This document shows, piece after piece, positions 1-17,412 of a stretch of DNA of 64,000 bases. Numbering within the stretch: the stretch's first letter is position 1; every line of letters begins with the position of its first letter. The notes under the pieces are model-generated. The model ran no database searches and had not been told where the DNA came from. It saw only the letters and a list, made by a program, of their open reading frames with translations. Both the position numbers and the translations under genes were made by a program. This DNA is from Enterobacteria phage KhF3, in the sequence record KT184315.1; one strand, 5' to 3'.

Positions 1-62
1 TATGAAAGCTAACATTAACAAGCAACGTAGAAAACCTTTCTAAGTTGACTAGGTAGCCTCTT

Positions 63-308
63 CGGAGGCTCCTTTTTAAAAGGTCTTTAAACAGGGTCTT
101 TTAATAAGGTGCTGTTTTGTCCGGTATGGNGGNGTNNNGTGAGGTNTGGTTTGGTAAGGTAGGGTCTGGTATGGGTAGTTAGTCTCAGCTACATTAAAAT
201 GAGACTTACCTTTTTAAAAGGTCTTTAAAAGGGTCTTTTAACAAGGTATTGTATGGTGTAGTTTGGTTAGGTATGGTTAGGTGTGGTAAGGTAAGGTATG
301 GAAGGATG
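63..308. repeat. Duplicated ~100-bp unit: conserved ~45-bp segment followed by a degenerate pentamer (GGTNN)n array; copy 1 contains ambiguous bases
   Basis: Seen directly: TTTTAAAAGGTCTTTAAA(C/A)AGGGTCTTTTAA at 66-110 and 213-258; GGT-phased 5-mers at 121-180 (with N) and 246-308. Confidence 0.6.
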
Positions 309-425
309 GCAGTAGCCTTATAAAAAATCTGCCAAATAAGCTATAAAATCTGTTGACAAGTCAGGTGTTATAGCTTATTTTTATACTCAATGTAATACAA
401 AATTTAATATAACTTTGAGGTCATT

Positions 426-809
426 ATGAAAAAGATTTTATTAGCTGCTGCAATGGTTATGGCAATGAATTTACCAGTCAATGCAACAGAACTTCCAAAT
501 GTGGACTTATCAGGTGTTCCAGAAGACACTTGCCAGATTGTTAAAGGTGTTGCCCTATCTAAAGGTGAACTACTTAAACCAATCTCTGAAGAGTCTTTAA
601 CAGAGATGACTGATAAGGTAACTGACTATCAGTATCGTGTTCTTGCAGAGTATTTCCTGCAATCTGCAAATATTAAAGAGAAGCACCCTGATGATATTGA
701 TGTACAGGCTATGCTCAATCATCGTATCCAGTTTAAAGAAGATTTGATGCAAAAAGCTATGTATGGTGTTGAGTATTTCTTAGAAAACAGAAGCTGCACA
801 GGTATTTGA
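426..809 (+). CDS. Hypothetical secreted protein (N-terminal signal peptide)
   Basis: ORF 127 aa; hydrophobic N-terminus MKKILLAAAMVMAMNLPVNA; GAGG RBS 7 nt upstream; TTGACA at 353-358. Confidence 0.5.
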   Translation: MKKILLAAAMVMAMNLPVNATELPNVDLSGVPEDTCQIVKGVALSKGELLKPISEESLTEMTDKVTDYQYRVLAEYFLQSANIKEKHPDDIDVQAMLNHRIQFKEDLMQKAMYGVEYFLENRSCTGI

Positions 810-810
810 T

Positions 811-1023
811 ATGGCTCTTAAAAAGTTACATCCCAGAAGCGGTTATGGTAAGATAATTGACGATACAGACGGCTTTACAGTCTTTACAGTCATCTGTCAG
901 GATGATTCACAGATTGAAAAGGCTCTTGACGATTATCTTAATGATGAACGTGAAAAGGTCAGAGCTACAAACATAGACTCATTAATTGATACTTCACGTA
1001 AACGGAAGAAGAAAGATGAATGA
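811..1023 (+). CDS. Hypothetical protein
   Basis: ORF 70 aa, lysine-rich C-terminus; stop overlaps next start (ATGA). Confidence 0.35.
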   Translation: MALKKLHPRSGYGKIIDDTDGFTVFTVICQDDSQIEKALDDYLNDEREKVRATNIDSLIDTSRKRKKKDE

Positions 1024-1315
1024 GGTTTTTGACCCTTATGCTCCACAAGATGATTGGGAGGCTGATAGAGAGGCTGAAATGGAGAGTTATATTTGTCCAA
1101 TGGATGTAGACGAAATGAGAGACTTCGTTGCACATCGTTTTAAGAGAGAGATTAAATCCAGAGGTCTTTCTCAAGAGCAAGTTGCTAAAATTTGTGGTAT
1201 CTCTCAGGCTCGTGTATCCAACATAATCCACCTCACTGGGAATGTTTCCCTTGAGTATATGTTGGAAGTGTGTGAAAAATTTGGTGTTAATTTTAATTTA
1301 AGGTTGGCAGACTAA
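1016..1315 (+). CDS. Helix-turn-helix (XRE/Cro-like) DNA-binding protein
   Basis: Motif GLSQEQVAKICGISQARVSNI typical of HTH_XRE; start placed at internal ATG 1016 coupled to upstream stop (track start 986). Confidence 0.5.
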   Translation: MNEVFDPYAPQDDWEADREAEMESYICPMDVDEMRDFVAHRFKREIKSRGLSQEQVAKICGISQARVSNIIHLTGNVSLEYMLEVCEKFGVNFNLRLAD

Positions 1316-1316
1316 T

Positions 1317-1676
1317 ATGAAACGTGAAAACATTATCCACTCTGAAAACTTCGCATTAGGCTTTTATGGTGTACCTACTCACCTTGAAAAGTACTATGGT
1401 GTGAAGATTCTTTCCAATCTCATTATGGCTTACAAAGATGGTAAGATTAAGCACACTGAGAAGAAACGTGTCATGGGCTATATGGCTGTAGGCTCAGCAG
1501 TCTCAAACATTAAGCTGGAAACAACTAGCAGTCAGATTGTAAAAGACCACTTCATCAAAGAGCTTTACCACAATCTTGATGGTGTAGATGTTCAGGCTGT
1601 TTGGCTGGATGTTGATGGTCACAACTACACAAGTTTTGTTTTTAAAAACGACGACATTAAGTGCTTGTTCCCATAA
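1317..1676 (+). CDS. Hypothetical protein
   Basis: ORF 119 aa, tightly packed in plus-strand operon. Confidence 0.45.
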   Translation: MKRENIIHSENFALGFYGVPTHLEKYYGVKILSNLIMAYKDGKIKHTEKKRVMGYMAVGSAVSNIKLETTSSQIVKDHFIKELYHNLDGVDVQAVWLDVDGHNYTSFVFKNDDIKCLFP

Positions 1677-1683
1677 TAGGTGA

Positions 1684-2205
1684 TTGATTATGATTGATAT
1701 CTACTTACAAGATGCTCATGCAGATTTCCTTAAAGAGATGCTTAAAAAGTTTATGGCTTCACAGTATGAGAATGAAGCATCTTTTAAAATAGTTACATGT
1801 GGCGACGAAGCTGGTTTTGTTGAGATTGAACATGAAGGTACTGGAAAGACTGTTTGCAAGTTACCTGATAGTATGTTCTCTAGCACGTTCTTAACAAAGA
1901 CTAGTATAAATATTAAGCTTGTTCCACAGATTGAAACATACTCTGGTACAGATTACCCTAAAGGCTTCAAGTCACTGATGAAACACTTCTTAGATGACTT
2001 TGTGAGTAATCTTCTAAGTGAGGTAACAGAAAGTCGTACAATATTGACTGTAGAGAACATCGGAGGGACTATCAGGGTTACTTCTGACCGCTACTCAATG
2101 AGCCTCTTCGACTTCGTTCCTAAGAATTTTGATGGTATTCTGGATGAAGAAGATGACTGTGTAGACTTTATATTGGTTCTTGAGCCAGTTTTTGAGGTTA
2201 AATAA
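1684..2205 (+). CDS. Hypothetical protein
   Basis: ORF 173 aa. Confidence 0.45.
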   Translation: MIMIDIYLQDAHADFLKEMLKKFMASQYENEASFKIVTCGDEAGFVEIEHEGTGKTVCKLPDSMFSSTFLTKTSINIKLVPQIETYSGTDYPKGFKSLMKHFLDDFVSNLLSEVTESRTILTVENIGGTIRVTSDRYSMSLFDFVPKNFDGILDEEDDCVDFILVLEPVFEVK

Positions 2206-2466
2206 ATGAAAATTGAACACTGCTATGAGTCTGATGGAACACCTATCCGTTGTCCACATTGTGGGTGTACAGACTTACAAGGTGAGGTAAGTGAAATAGT
2301 CAACGGTCATATTGCTGAAGAAAGTACCCGATGCACAGGGTGTAATGAAATTATCGCTTTCTGGGCTTATGGTTCATACCAACCATCTCCACATTTTATC
2401 TACCATCGTAGTAAAGTTGTGAAGAGTGTCATCAACTGGTTCATTAAGAAAGGGTTTACAAAATGA
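2206..2466 (+). CDS. Hypothetical zinc-ribbon protein
   Basis: CPHCGC ... CTGC cysteine pairs; ORF 86 aa. Confidence 0.45.
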   Translation: MKIEHCYESDGTPIRCPHCGCTDLQGEVSEIVNGHIAEESTRCTGCNEIIAFWAYGSYQPSPHFIYHRSKVVKSVINWFIKKGFTK

Positions 2467-3008
2467 TTAAACTAATATTTGCAAGTGGTGAAAACGGTGA
2501 ATTTGGTACACCGACTGGTATGCCGTGGCCTCGACATAAGCAAGATATGCAAGAGTTTAAGAGACTCACTAAAAATAACTTAGTAGTGATGGGTAATGAG
2601 ACTTTTAAGACTCTGGGTAGTAAGCCTTTATCAGAACGTGAAAACCTTATCTTAACAAACTCTGTGCCATATTTTGGTATAGACTTTGGTAAAGAAGATG
2701 TAATGTATGCTAAGGCCAGCAAAGAGTCCTTTGGAGCATTTTTGAAGTACCTTGATAGCTCTATTGATGAAGATATCTTTATAATTGGTGGTGCAGGTGT
2801 TCTTGTCAATGCTTTGCCGTATGCTGGTGTAGTTTTCCATACAGTTTTCCATAAGGTTACTGAAGAGGCCACTGTATATTTACCTTTTGAAAACTTCTTT
2901 GAGAAGCTGTATGATAGCCGTGTATTTGCAAAGGTGCAGTCAAGACCCTCAGATGATGGTAAAGCAACCTTTGAAATTTATGTTCCACAAGTAAAAGGAC
3001 ACTTTTGA
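2463..3008 (+). CDS. frd: Dihydrofolate reductase
   Basis: N-terminal IFA...G.PW.....D...F...T....VMG..T motif pattern of DHFR; sits immediately upstream of thymidylate synthase. Confidence 0.8.
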   Translation: MIKLIFASGENGEFGTPTGMPWPRHKQDMQEFKRLTKNNLVVMGNETFKTLGSKPLSERENLILTNSVPYFGIDFGKEDVMYAKASKESFGAFLKYLDSSIDEDIFIIGGAGVLVNALPYAGVVFHTVFHKVTEEATVYLPFENFFEKLYDSRVFAKVQSRPSDDGKATFEIYVPQVKGHF

Positions 3009-3009
3009 T

Positions 3010-3909
3010 ATGTCACAAGCAGATTCAAGTTACAAAAATATCCTGAACCATGTTTTATCCGTTGGTGAACTGCGTACTACACGAACTGGAGATGTTATCT
3101 CTGCATTTGCTCCACCACAGTTTCGTTTTGATATGCGTACTGGTTTCCCACTCTTAACATCTAAACAGGTGTTTACACGGCAAGTCATTGGGGAAGCTTT
3201 ATGGTTCCTGAATGGTGAGAATAAACTTGGTGAACTCCGTTATCGCACTTGGGGTGAAAATGATGGAGAACGTTGGACTATCTGGTCAGATGATTTTAAA
3301 CGTTGGTTAAGCTCTAACTATTCTTCTGAGCAAGACTGGTTAGAAGATGCAGGTGGGAGAATCTACGGGGTTCAGTGGAGAAACTTTGAAGGTCATAATG
3401 GTTGTGTTGTAGACCAGTTAGAAACCTTAGTAACGAAGATGAAAGGTGATATCACAGACCGTTACATGCTTGTTAATGCTTGGAATGCAGCAGATATTGC
3501 AGCAAACTCGATGGCTTTAGCACCTTGTCATGTTCTGTTTCAGATTTATATCACCAACGAGGGTGAAGTTGACTTACAATGGTATCAACGTTCTGTAGAC
3601 ACCTTTTTAGGACTTCCATTTAATATTGCGTCTTATGGTTTTATTCTGGAAGTTCTTTGTAAGATGACTGGATACACTCCACGATACTTGATAGGTGTCT
3701 TTGGAGATACTCAGATTTATCATAACCATATGAAGCAGGTTTATGAACTGATGAACAATGAAGAGTTCCATGCACCAACTTTTGAGATTGGTATTCCACT
3801 TAACACTTTAAGTGACCTAAAACATCTCACTGCAAGTGACTTTATCGGTGGTATTAGCAACTATCAACATGCAGGAAAGATTGAAGCACCTTTGTCAGTA
3901 GGTAAATAA
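3010..3909 (+). CDS. td: Thymidylate synthase
   Basis: Active-site region MALAPCHVLFQIYI (PCH cysteine motif); 299 aa. Confidence 0.9.
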   Translation: MSQADSSYKNILNHVLSVGELRTTRTGDVISAFAPPQFRFDMRTGFPLLTSKQVFTRQVIGEALWFLNGENKLGELRYRTWGENDGERWTIWSDDFKRWLSSNYSSEQDWLEDAGGRIYGVQWRNFEGHNGCVVDQLETLVTKMKGDITDRYMLVNAWNAADIAANSMALAPCHVLFQIYITNEGEVDLQWYQRSVDTFLGLPFNIASYGFILEVLCKMTGYTPRYLIGVFGDTQIYHNHMKQVYELMNNEEFHAPTFEIGIPLNTLSDLKHLTASDFIGGISNYQHAGKIEAPLSVGK

Positions 3910-3911
3910 AA

Positions 3912-3945
3912 CAAAAAAGGCTCCCGTAAAAAGGAGCCTTAAACT
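3912..3945. terminator. Bidirectional rho-independent terminator between convergent genes
   Basis: Hairpin AGGCTCC-CGTAAAAA-GGAGCCT flanked by A-run and T-rich tract. Confidence 0.6.
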
Positions 3946-4317
3946 TTATTTTTCAGTATTCTTTGTGTTCTTTTCAGTAATAGCTTGGAGGGCTGATACT
4001 GATTGAGCCAGATTGTTCACACTGTCAGAGAATTTATCAAGAGTTTTGGTAAGTTTTGCGTTTTCACCCTTAACATTCTCTAACTGAACTTTCTGGTTCT
4101 CCATCCCTAGCTGAATCAGTCTCATGTCAGACTGTAAATCACGAATAGCTGAATAGTTACTTTTGGAATAATTATCTAGCTGCTGCAACTTTGTTGTGAC
4201 AGACACTTCTTGCTTACCACTTGAAACTTGCATAGTGGTATACATCCCAATAACACTAAAAATACCAACAACAATTGCACCAATATTATTTTTAAAAGCT
4301 TCCTCTAGCCACTTCAT
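3946..4317 (-). CDS. Membrane-anchored coiled-coil protein (function unknown; holin-associated or spanin-like is possible)
   Basis: One N-terminal TM segment IGAIVVGIFSVIGMY then heptad-rich sequence; ATGA overlap with upstream gene. Confidence 0.45.
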   Translation of the reverse strand: MKWLEEAFKNNIGAIVVGIFSVIGMYTTMQVSSGKQEVSVTTKLQQLDNYSKSNYSAIRDLQSDMRLIQLGMENQKVQLENVKGENAKLTKTLDKFSDSVNNLAQSVSALQAITEKNTKNTEK

Positions 4318-4511
4318 TTATTCTCCCCCTTAAAAGCTTTTTCTAAGTTATCTACGAACTCATCATCAATAGGTGTGTCTGTTTTACTCGCAAGGTATCT
4401 TGCAAGCCTAAAGAACACTTTCTCAATCATGTATTCACTTAGAAGGGATAAAATGAGTTTCCAGAAGAAGCTACCTAGATTTTTTAGAAGAATTGCTAGG
4501 ATTGTAGGCAT
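4314..4511 (-). CDS. Small membrane protein (possible holin-like)
   Basis: 65 aa, hydrophobic N-terminal half, charged C-terminus. Confidence 0.35.
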   Translation of the reverse strand: MPTILAILLKNLGSFFWKLILSLLSEYMIEKVFFRLARYLASKTDTPIDDEFVDNLEKAFKGENK

Positions 4512-4590
4512 TTAATCACCTCATCAGCCAAGATGGTGAGAATACCCATAAAGAATATTAACACCATCTTAACAATCAGTCAACAAGGGA

Positions 4591-6975
4591 TTAAGCAGTT
4601 CTTACCCAAGCCATTAACTTGTAGAACTGGTTAGTAACACTGAATGCTGAACCAGAACCTGTACCACCAGTGTTACCACTAACTGTATGAGTGTGAGCAC
4701 CGATACCTACAGAGTGGGTGTGAGCACCAGTGTTACTTGTAGTACCAGACCATGTGTGTGTATGGTTACCAGTTGTGTTAGTGTTAGGGAATTTGTTATC
4801 TTTTCTATCAAGCCAGTCAAGAGTTCTTGTCTTGCTGTTGCTAACAGTTGTGTAACCATACTGAGCATCACCACCATTAACCAATAGCAGACCTAAGTGG
4901 TGAGCATGGTTACCCGCAGCACTTGTTGTACCACTTACAGTGTGGGTGTGACCACCAGTACTATTAGTGCTCTTCGTACCATAATCAAAAGATGAAGTGG
5001 TAGCAGAGAAGCTGTGAGTGTGTGATGGTAAGTTACCAACAGCTAATGTTACAGAATCTGAACCACCAGTTGTAGCAACATCTGAACCGTTAGCTGCTGC
5101 GATTCTGATAGTTCTACCAACACCATTGTTCAGGTACGTCCAAGTTAGACCAGGGAGTGCTGTATTAGGGTTAACATTACTGTTAAACCACGTTACAATA
5201 CCAACTGGATAGATTTTGTTAAGGTCTGTAGAGTCACTAATTGCTGTTGCAATTTTCTGGTCAGTTTCAGCTTTAGTGTATGCACCAATCTCTGAAGGGG
5301 TTGGTTTAAAATCAGTTGTGTAAAGCTGTGCCTCTCCGGCATAGTCACCATTTTTGTCATAGGCATAGGTAAATGTTGCCAGTCCATTTGAGCCATACAC
5401 AAAAGAGATTCCTCTTGCATGTGCAGCAGTCTTATTAGAGTGAGCAACATGAATTGCCAATTCTCTCAGTCCACTAGCAACCTGATTGTTTCTGACAAAA
5501 CCTGAATATCCAAGATTAAAACCTGAAGGGTTTTCAAGGTTATCTACAGAAACAGTCATTAAGGATTGGTTTAATAACTGAGTTTTAACAAAATATCTAG
5601 CATCTAAGTTAGACCAATCAGAAGGTTGAACTTGACCAGTAATGGTTAGGTTCTTATTAGCCTTAATCGCTGAAGGCATAAGAGTAATTTGAGTCCCAGA
5701 GTAGCTGTTGTTTAATGCCACATCAGTAGAATTTGTGCCACCCACACCTACCCACCACCTAGATACATTCTGGGTATCAACACCACGGATATATTGTGGC
5801 TGCCCCTGTGTTAAGTTTCTTAATACTACGCCTTCATTATTTGATACAATAGTTTGCACATTCACAAATGTGTTAGCAACATTAAGCTTAGGTAGGTTAC
5901 TCAAAGTTGCTGCCGGAATATATCTAGAGTCAATATTAGTCCAATCCGAAGGTTGAACTTGACCAGTGATTCTGAAGTTCTGGTTGACTGAGATATAGCC
6001 ATTATCAAGTCTGATATTTGAACCGTGTACATAGTTGTGTAGCAGCACAGAGGCTGTGTTATCCCCGTTCCCTACATACCACCTGTTAGTGTTCTGAGAG
6101 TCAACACCCTGAATGAATAGTGAGCTAGTTGTTGCATTTTTCAACCTTAAAGCAGCACTGTCACTGATAATAAGTAGGTTTCTGCTAAACGTGTTAGTGC
6201 CAGTGAAATTGTTATTCGCAGCTAACTGTGCAAATCTCTGATTAGCTACTGTCTGAGTAAAGTATCTAGCATCTAAGTTAGAGAAGTCAGAAGGTTGAAC
6301 TTGACCAGTGATTGCTAAAGACTTATTAACAGAGACATTACTTGCAACAGTCAAGGCTGAGTTGTATTTGTTATTGTACAGCTTTACTTCGTCAGAGCCA
6401 TTACTACCAATACCAACCCACCATCTAGCCGAGCCATCTAGGTTTACACCTTCGATATATTGTGCATTATTTGCATTTTGGTTTCTAAGGCGAAGTAAGT
6501 TAGCATCACCTTGAATATTTTGTGTTCCAGAGAATGTGTTTGTGATAGCTAGTCTTGCATACCTTGCATCATTCTCTTCATTAGTTCTCATCCCAAGTTC
6601 ATTAGGGCTTGGCTTATTCAGAGTATGATAAACAGTTGCCGACCTTGAAGTGTCTGCAATAGTCAGTTTAAGGCCATTTGCGTTGATTTTAAAAGTCTTT
6701 AAAACATCCCCAATAGTAACCTCAGAAGAGCCTGTTGGGTTAAAGACTACCTTACCACCATAAAGTAACTTAACAATCCCTAAATCACCCGTCATAGTAC
6801 TACCGGCAATCTGAACAAATCTTTCAAGTTTAAAAGATGCTAAGAAATCTTGATAGGTCATTCGACGGTCTTCATCACCTAGCATTTCAGGTCTCTTTTT
6901 AACCCTGACATGAAGAAGGTCATCTGAACGGATTGTATCGATTGAGTTTAATTCACTCAACTTGTAATCTGCCAT
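4591..6975 (-). CDS. Tail fiber protein (long)
   Basis: 794 aa; three internal ~100-aa repeats each ending ITGQVQPSDW/FxNxDxRY; C-terminal His-rich GNHTHT...GAHTHSVGIGAHTHTV motif shared with adjacent fiber. Confidence 0.75.
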   Translation of the reverse strand: MADYKLSELNSIDTIRSDDLLHVRVKKRPEMLGDEDRRMTYQDFLASFKLERFVQIAGSTMTGDLGIVKLLYGGKVVFNPTGSSEVTIGDVLKTFKINANGLKLTIADTSRSATVYHTLNKPSPNELGMRTNEENDARYARLAITNTFSGTQNIQGDANLLRLRNQNANNAQYIEGVNLDGSARWWVGIGSNGSDEVKLYNNKYNSALTVASNVSVNKSLAITGQVQPSDFSNLDARYFTQTVANQRFAQLAANNNFTGTNTFSRNLLIISDSAALRLKNATTSSLFIQGVDSQNTNRWYVGNGDNTASVLLHNYVHGSNIRLDNGYISVNQNFRITGQVQPSDWTNIDSRYIPAATLSNLPKLNVANTFVNVQTIVSNNEGVVLRNLTQGQPQYIRGVDTQNVSRWWVGVGGTNSTDVALNNSYSGTQITLMPSAIKANKNLTITGQVQPSDWSNLDARYFVKTQLLNQSLMTVSVDNLENPSGFNLGYSGFVRNNQVASGLRELAIHVAHSNKTAAHARGISFVYGSNGLATFTYAYDKNGDYAGEAQLYTTDFKPTPSEIGAYTKAETDQKIATAISDSTDLNKIYPVGIVTWFNSNVNPNTALPGLTWTYLNNGVGRTIRIAAANGSDVATTGGSDSVTLAVGNLPSHTHSFSATTSSFDYGTKSTNSTGGHTHTVSGTTSAAGNHAHHLGLLLVNGGDAQYGYTTVSNSKTRTLDWLDRKDNKFPNTNTTGNHTHTWSGTTSNTGAHTHSVGIGAHTHTVSGNTGGTGSGSAFSVTNQFYKLMAWVRTA

Positions 6976-7021
6976 TATAAATTTTCCTCTTAAAAGGGGC
7001 TATCAAGCCCCTGTAAAGAAA

Positions 7022-8209
7022 TTAAGCTGTTCTCTGCCATACATACAGTACGAAGGATGGCTGCTCAATGTTGAAAGCTTGTCCTCCACCAACACTATTA
7101 GTGTTCCCGCTATGCGTATGTTCAGAAGAAGAAACTGTTACAGTACCATTATGTGTATGCGAACCAATACCAACTGTGTGGCTATGAGCACCAATACCAA
7201 CCGTATGGTTGTGGTTACCAGTTGTGTTAGTGGTAACACTGAAAGAGTGAGTGTGTGCACCAGCTACTTCACAGACAGCATCTGCTGAGTACCATGATTG
7301 GTCATTCCTTGAAGACCAAACCATTGCAGGTCTTTCCGATAAACCACCACCTGATTCATAGGTCAATCTGTGGTTATGAGCACCAGCAGAACTTGTTGAC
7401 CCACTACCAACATGGTTGTGGTTACCAGTTGTGTTAGTGGTCTTAGTTCCATAGTCAAAAGAGTTGGTAGTCTTAGTCCCATAGTCAAAAGCTGAAATTG
7501 ACACCGTTGCATTATGAGTATGACCACCACCACTAAGAGACACAGAGTGAGAGTGTTGAGGCATGTTATTAACTGACAAAGTGACAGTTGAAGCACCAAA
7601 TACAGAACCTGCTGGTCTTGTGTCAGAGTCATAACCAACCAATGCTCTACCTTTTGAAACTAACTCCCAAGTTCCTCCACAAATTAAATACGTAGAAGGG
7701 TTTGCAGAGTTCATGGAAAGATGGATAGTACCTACTGGATAAGAAGCCTGAACAGCCTTGTACAAGTTATTTACTGCTCTTGCTGTAGCATACTTATCTG
7801 CATCTTCGTTATAAAGGTTAGATGTTGTCCAGTTCTGAACATTACTCAATCCTACCTGTGCCTTAGTTGTATTATGTGGGTTGCTCTTGTCCTGAATATG
7901 CTGTTGAACAAGATTATTAACCTCTTCTGAAGACATAATCTGTAGATTTGCTCTTGCCTGAGCTACATTAGTAACGTCTGATAAGTTATTTGCAGCAACT
8001 AACTGAAGAGCATTGATAACGTTATCTAAACCAATTTGTGTTTTAGTAACACCATGAGGGTTATTTCTTAGGCTTGAGTGTGGAGCAAGTAATTGCTCAA
8101 GAGTGCATCTCTTATCCTCAATACCTTGTTTAAGATGGAAGATATCACTAAGGTCAATTGGTAAGGCTGCTTGAGGCAAGGCACTAATTTGAATTTCACC
8201 TACTGCCAT
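7022..8209 (-). CDS. Tail fiber protein
   Basis: 395 aa; same C-terminal HxH-rich module (GNHNHTVGIGAHSHTVGIGSHTHNG) and identical last residues ...QRTA. Confidence 0.75.
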   Translation of the reverse strand: MAVGEIQISALPQAALPIDLSDIFHLKQGIEDKRCTLEQLLAPHSSLRNNPHGVTKTQIGLDNVINALQLVAANNLSDVTNVAQARANLQIMSSEEVNNLVQQHIQDKSNPHNTTKAQVGLSNVQNWTTSNLYNEDADKYATARAVNNLYKAVQASYPVGTIHLSMNSANPSTYLICGGTWELVSKGRALVGYDSDTRPAGSVFGASTVTLSVNNMPQHSHSVSLSGGGHTHNATVSISAFDYGTKTTNSFDYGTKTTNTTGNHNHVGSGSTSSAGAHNHRLTYESGGGLSERPAMVWSSRNDQSWYSADAVCEVAGAHTHSFSVTTNTTGNHNHTVGIGAHSHTVGIGSHTHNGTVTVSSSEHTHSGNTNSVGGGQAFNIEQPSFVLYVWQRTA

Positions 8210-8211
8210 TA

Positions 8212-16236
<8,025 letters not shown>

Positions 16237-16237
<1 letters not shown>

Positions 16238-16476
16238 TACATTTTTCCTGCTCTTCTAAGTTCGTTGTAAGCAATTTCCTCTTTATACGACCTCTGAATC
16301 TCAAGAAATTGTCTCAATGATAATAAATCAGAGAATGTCATAGCAAAGAGTTGGTCAAGTGTTTCTTTACACCCTTCCATACCATAAATAGCAAGCACAA
16401 ATTTCATCTCGTCTGCTTCTTCATAGGTTGCCTCTACAGCAGCATCAGTTAGTGGTGTCTGTAGAGTGTTACCCAT
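16237..16476 (-). CDS. Tail assembly chaperone (second ORF)
   Basis: 79 aa acidic ORF between tube and tape measure. Confidence 0.45.
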
Positions 16477-16478
16477 GT

Positions 16479-16877
16479 TTACTGAGAAGTTAGGCTTTTG
16501 AAAATGCTTGCTTCGAAAAAACTTCCGAAGTTTGCCTCCAGCGCAAATGCTAAGTAATCAATAAACTCACCGTAGTTTGCTTGGAAGTACGTATCAATAT
16601 TAAGTGGGAAGTCATCAACAGTTGCCCCTTGAAATAATAGGGTAGCCATTTCTTCAAGGTTAATTTCTTCAATTCTGTCAAAACAAGCTTCAACAAGTTC
16701 TTTAAATGGAACCATTGGAGCTTCTTTCTTACCCTTGTCAGTCAGACTTGACAGCATCTGTGCAAAAGTTGGAACAACAATTTTACCCAACTTCATAGAC
16801 ATCTTAATACCATCTCTTGCCCCAAGCAGAACGATATTTACTTTCTTACCATTAATTACTCTAGATTCTGTTTTCAT
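16479..16877 (-). CDS. Tail assembly chaperone
   Basis: 132 aa; conserved position upstream of tape measure. Confidence 0.5.
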   Translation of the reverse strand: MKTESRVINGKKVNIVLLGARDGIKMSMKLGKIVVPTFAQMLSSLTDKGKKEAPMVPFKELVEACFDRIEEINLEEMATLLFQGATVDDFPLNIDTYFQANYGEFIDYLAFALEANFGSFFEASIFKSLTSQ

Positions 16878-16904
16878 TGTGATTCCTTAATACTTTTAAA
16901 AGAA

Positions 16905-16942
16905 ACAAAAAAGGGGAAGACCTTTTAAAGTCTCCCCCTTAT
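16905..16942 (-). terminator. Rho-independent terminator downstream of tail tube gene
   Basis: Minus strand reads GGGGGAGAC-TTTAAAAG-GTCTTCCCC followed by TTTTTTG. Confidence 0.6.
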
Positions 16943-16950
16943 AGGATTTA

Positions 16951-17397
16951 TTAAACACTTGACGCTGGAATTGTAGAAGTGTAGTCTAGCTTCTCACAAC
17001 CAAAAATCCAAGTTTTAGAGTTCTGGTCACGACCAAGTTCAATCTGCGGTAATTCCTGCAACCAAGCATTAATACCAGTTGCCAGAACAGAGCCTGATGG
17101 GTCGTAGATTACGAAGTTAGAAGAGATATCTTCTTCAAGTTCCATATTGTCTTGTTTAGCTTGAATTGCAGAAAGCATCTGGTTAGAGAGAGAAGTCTGC
17201 ATTAACTCAATCTCAATAGTACCTGTCTTGTCTGCATTTCTTGTCAGAGCAACTTGACCACCTGCACCAACAACTGGTGTCACAAGTGGTGATGTTCTCT
17301 GTAGACGCAAGAATGAATCTGGGGCAAAGCCTTCAATGGCAATACCATTCCAGCTACATACAACGTCTTTAGGGGAATATTGCTGATACATAGCCAT
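16951..17397 (-). CDS. Tail tube protein
   Basis: 148 aa directly downstream of sheath gene. Confidence 0.6.
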   Translation of the reverse strand: MAMYQQYSPKDVVCSWNGIAIEGFAPDSFLRLQRTSPLVTPVVGAGGQVALTRNADKTGTIEIELMQTSLSNQMLSAIQAKQDNMELEEDISSNFVIYDPSGSVLATGINAWLQELPQIELGRDQNSKTWIFGCEKLDYTSTIPASSV

Positions 17398-17412
17398 TCC
17401 AATTTACCTCTA

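Noticed and set aside
986-1015. Upstream extension of the HTH gene (track start 986)
   Set aside because: The first 30 nt overlap the preceding gene; the internal ATG at 1016 is translationally coupled (ATGA) to its stop, so the shorter start is more likely.
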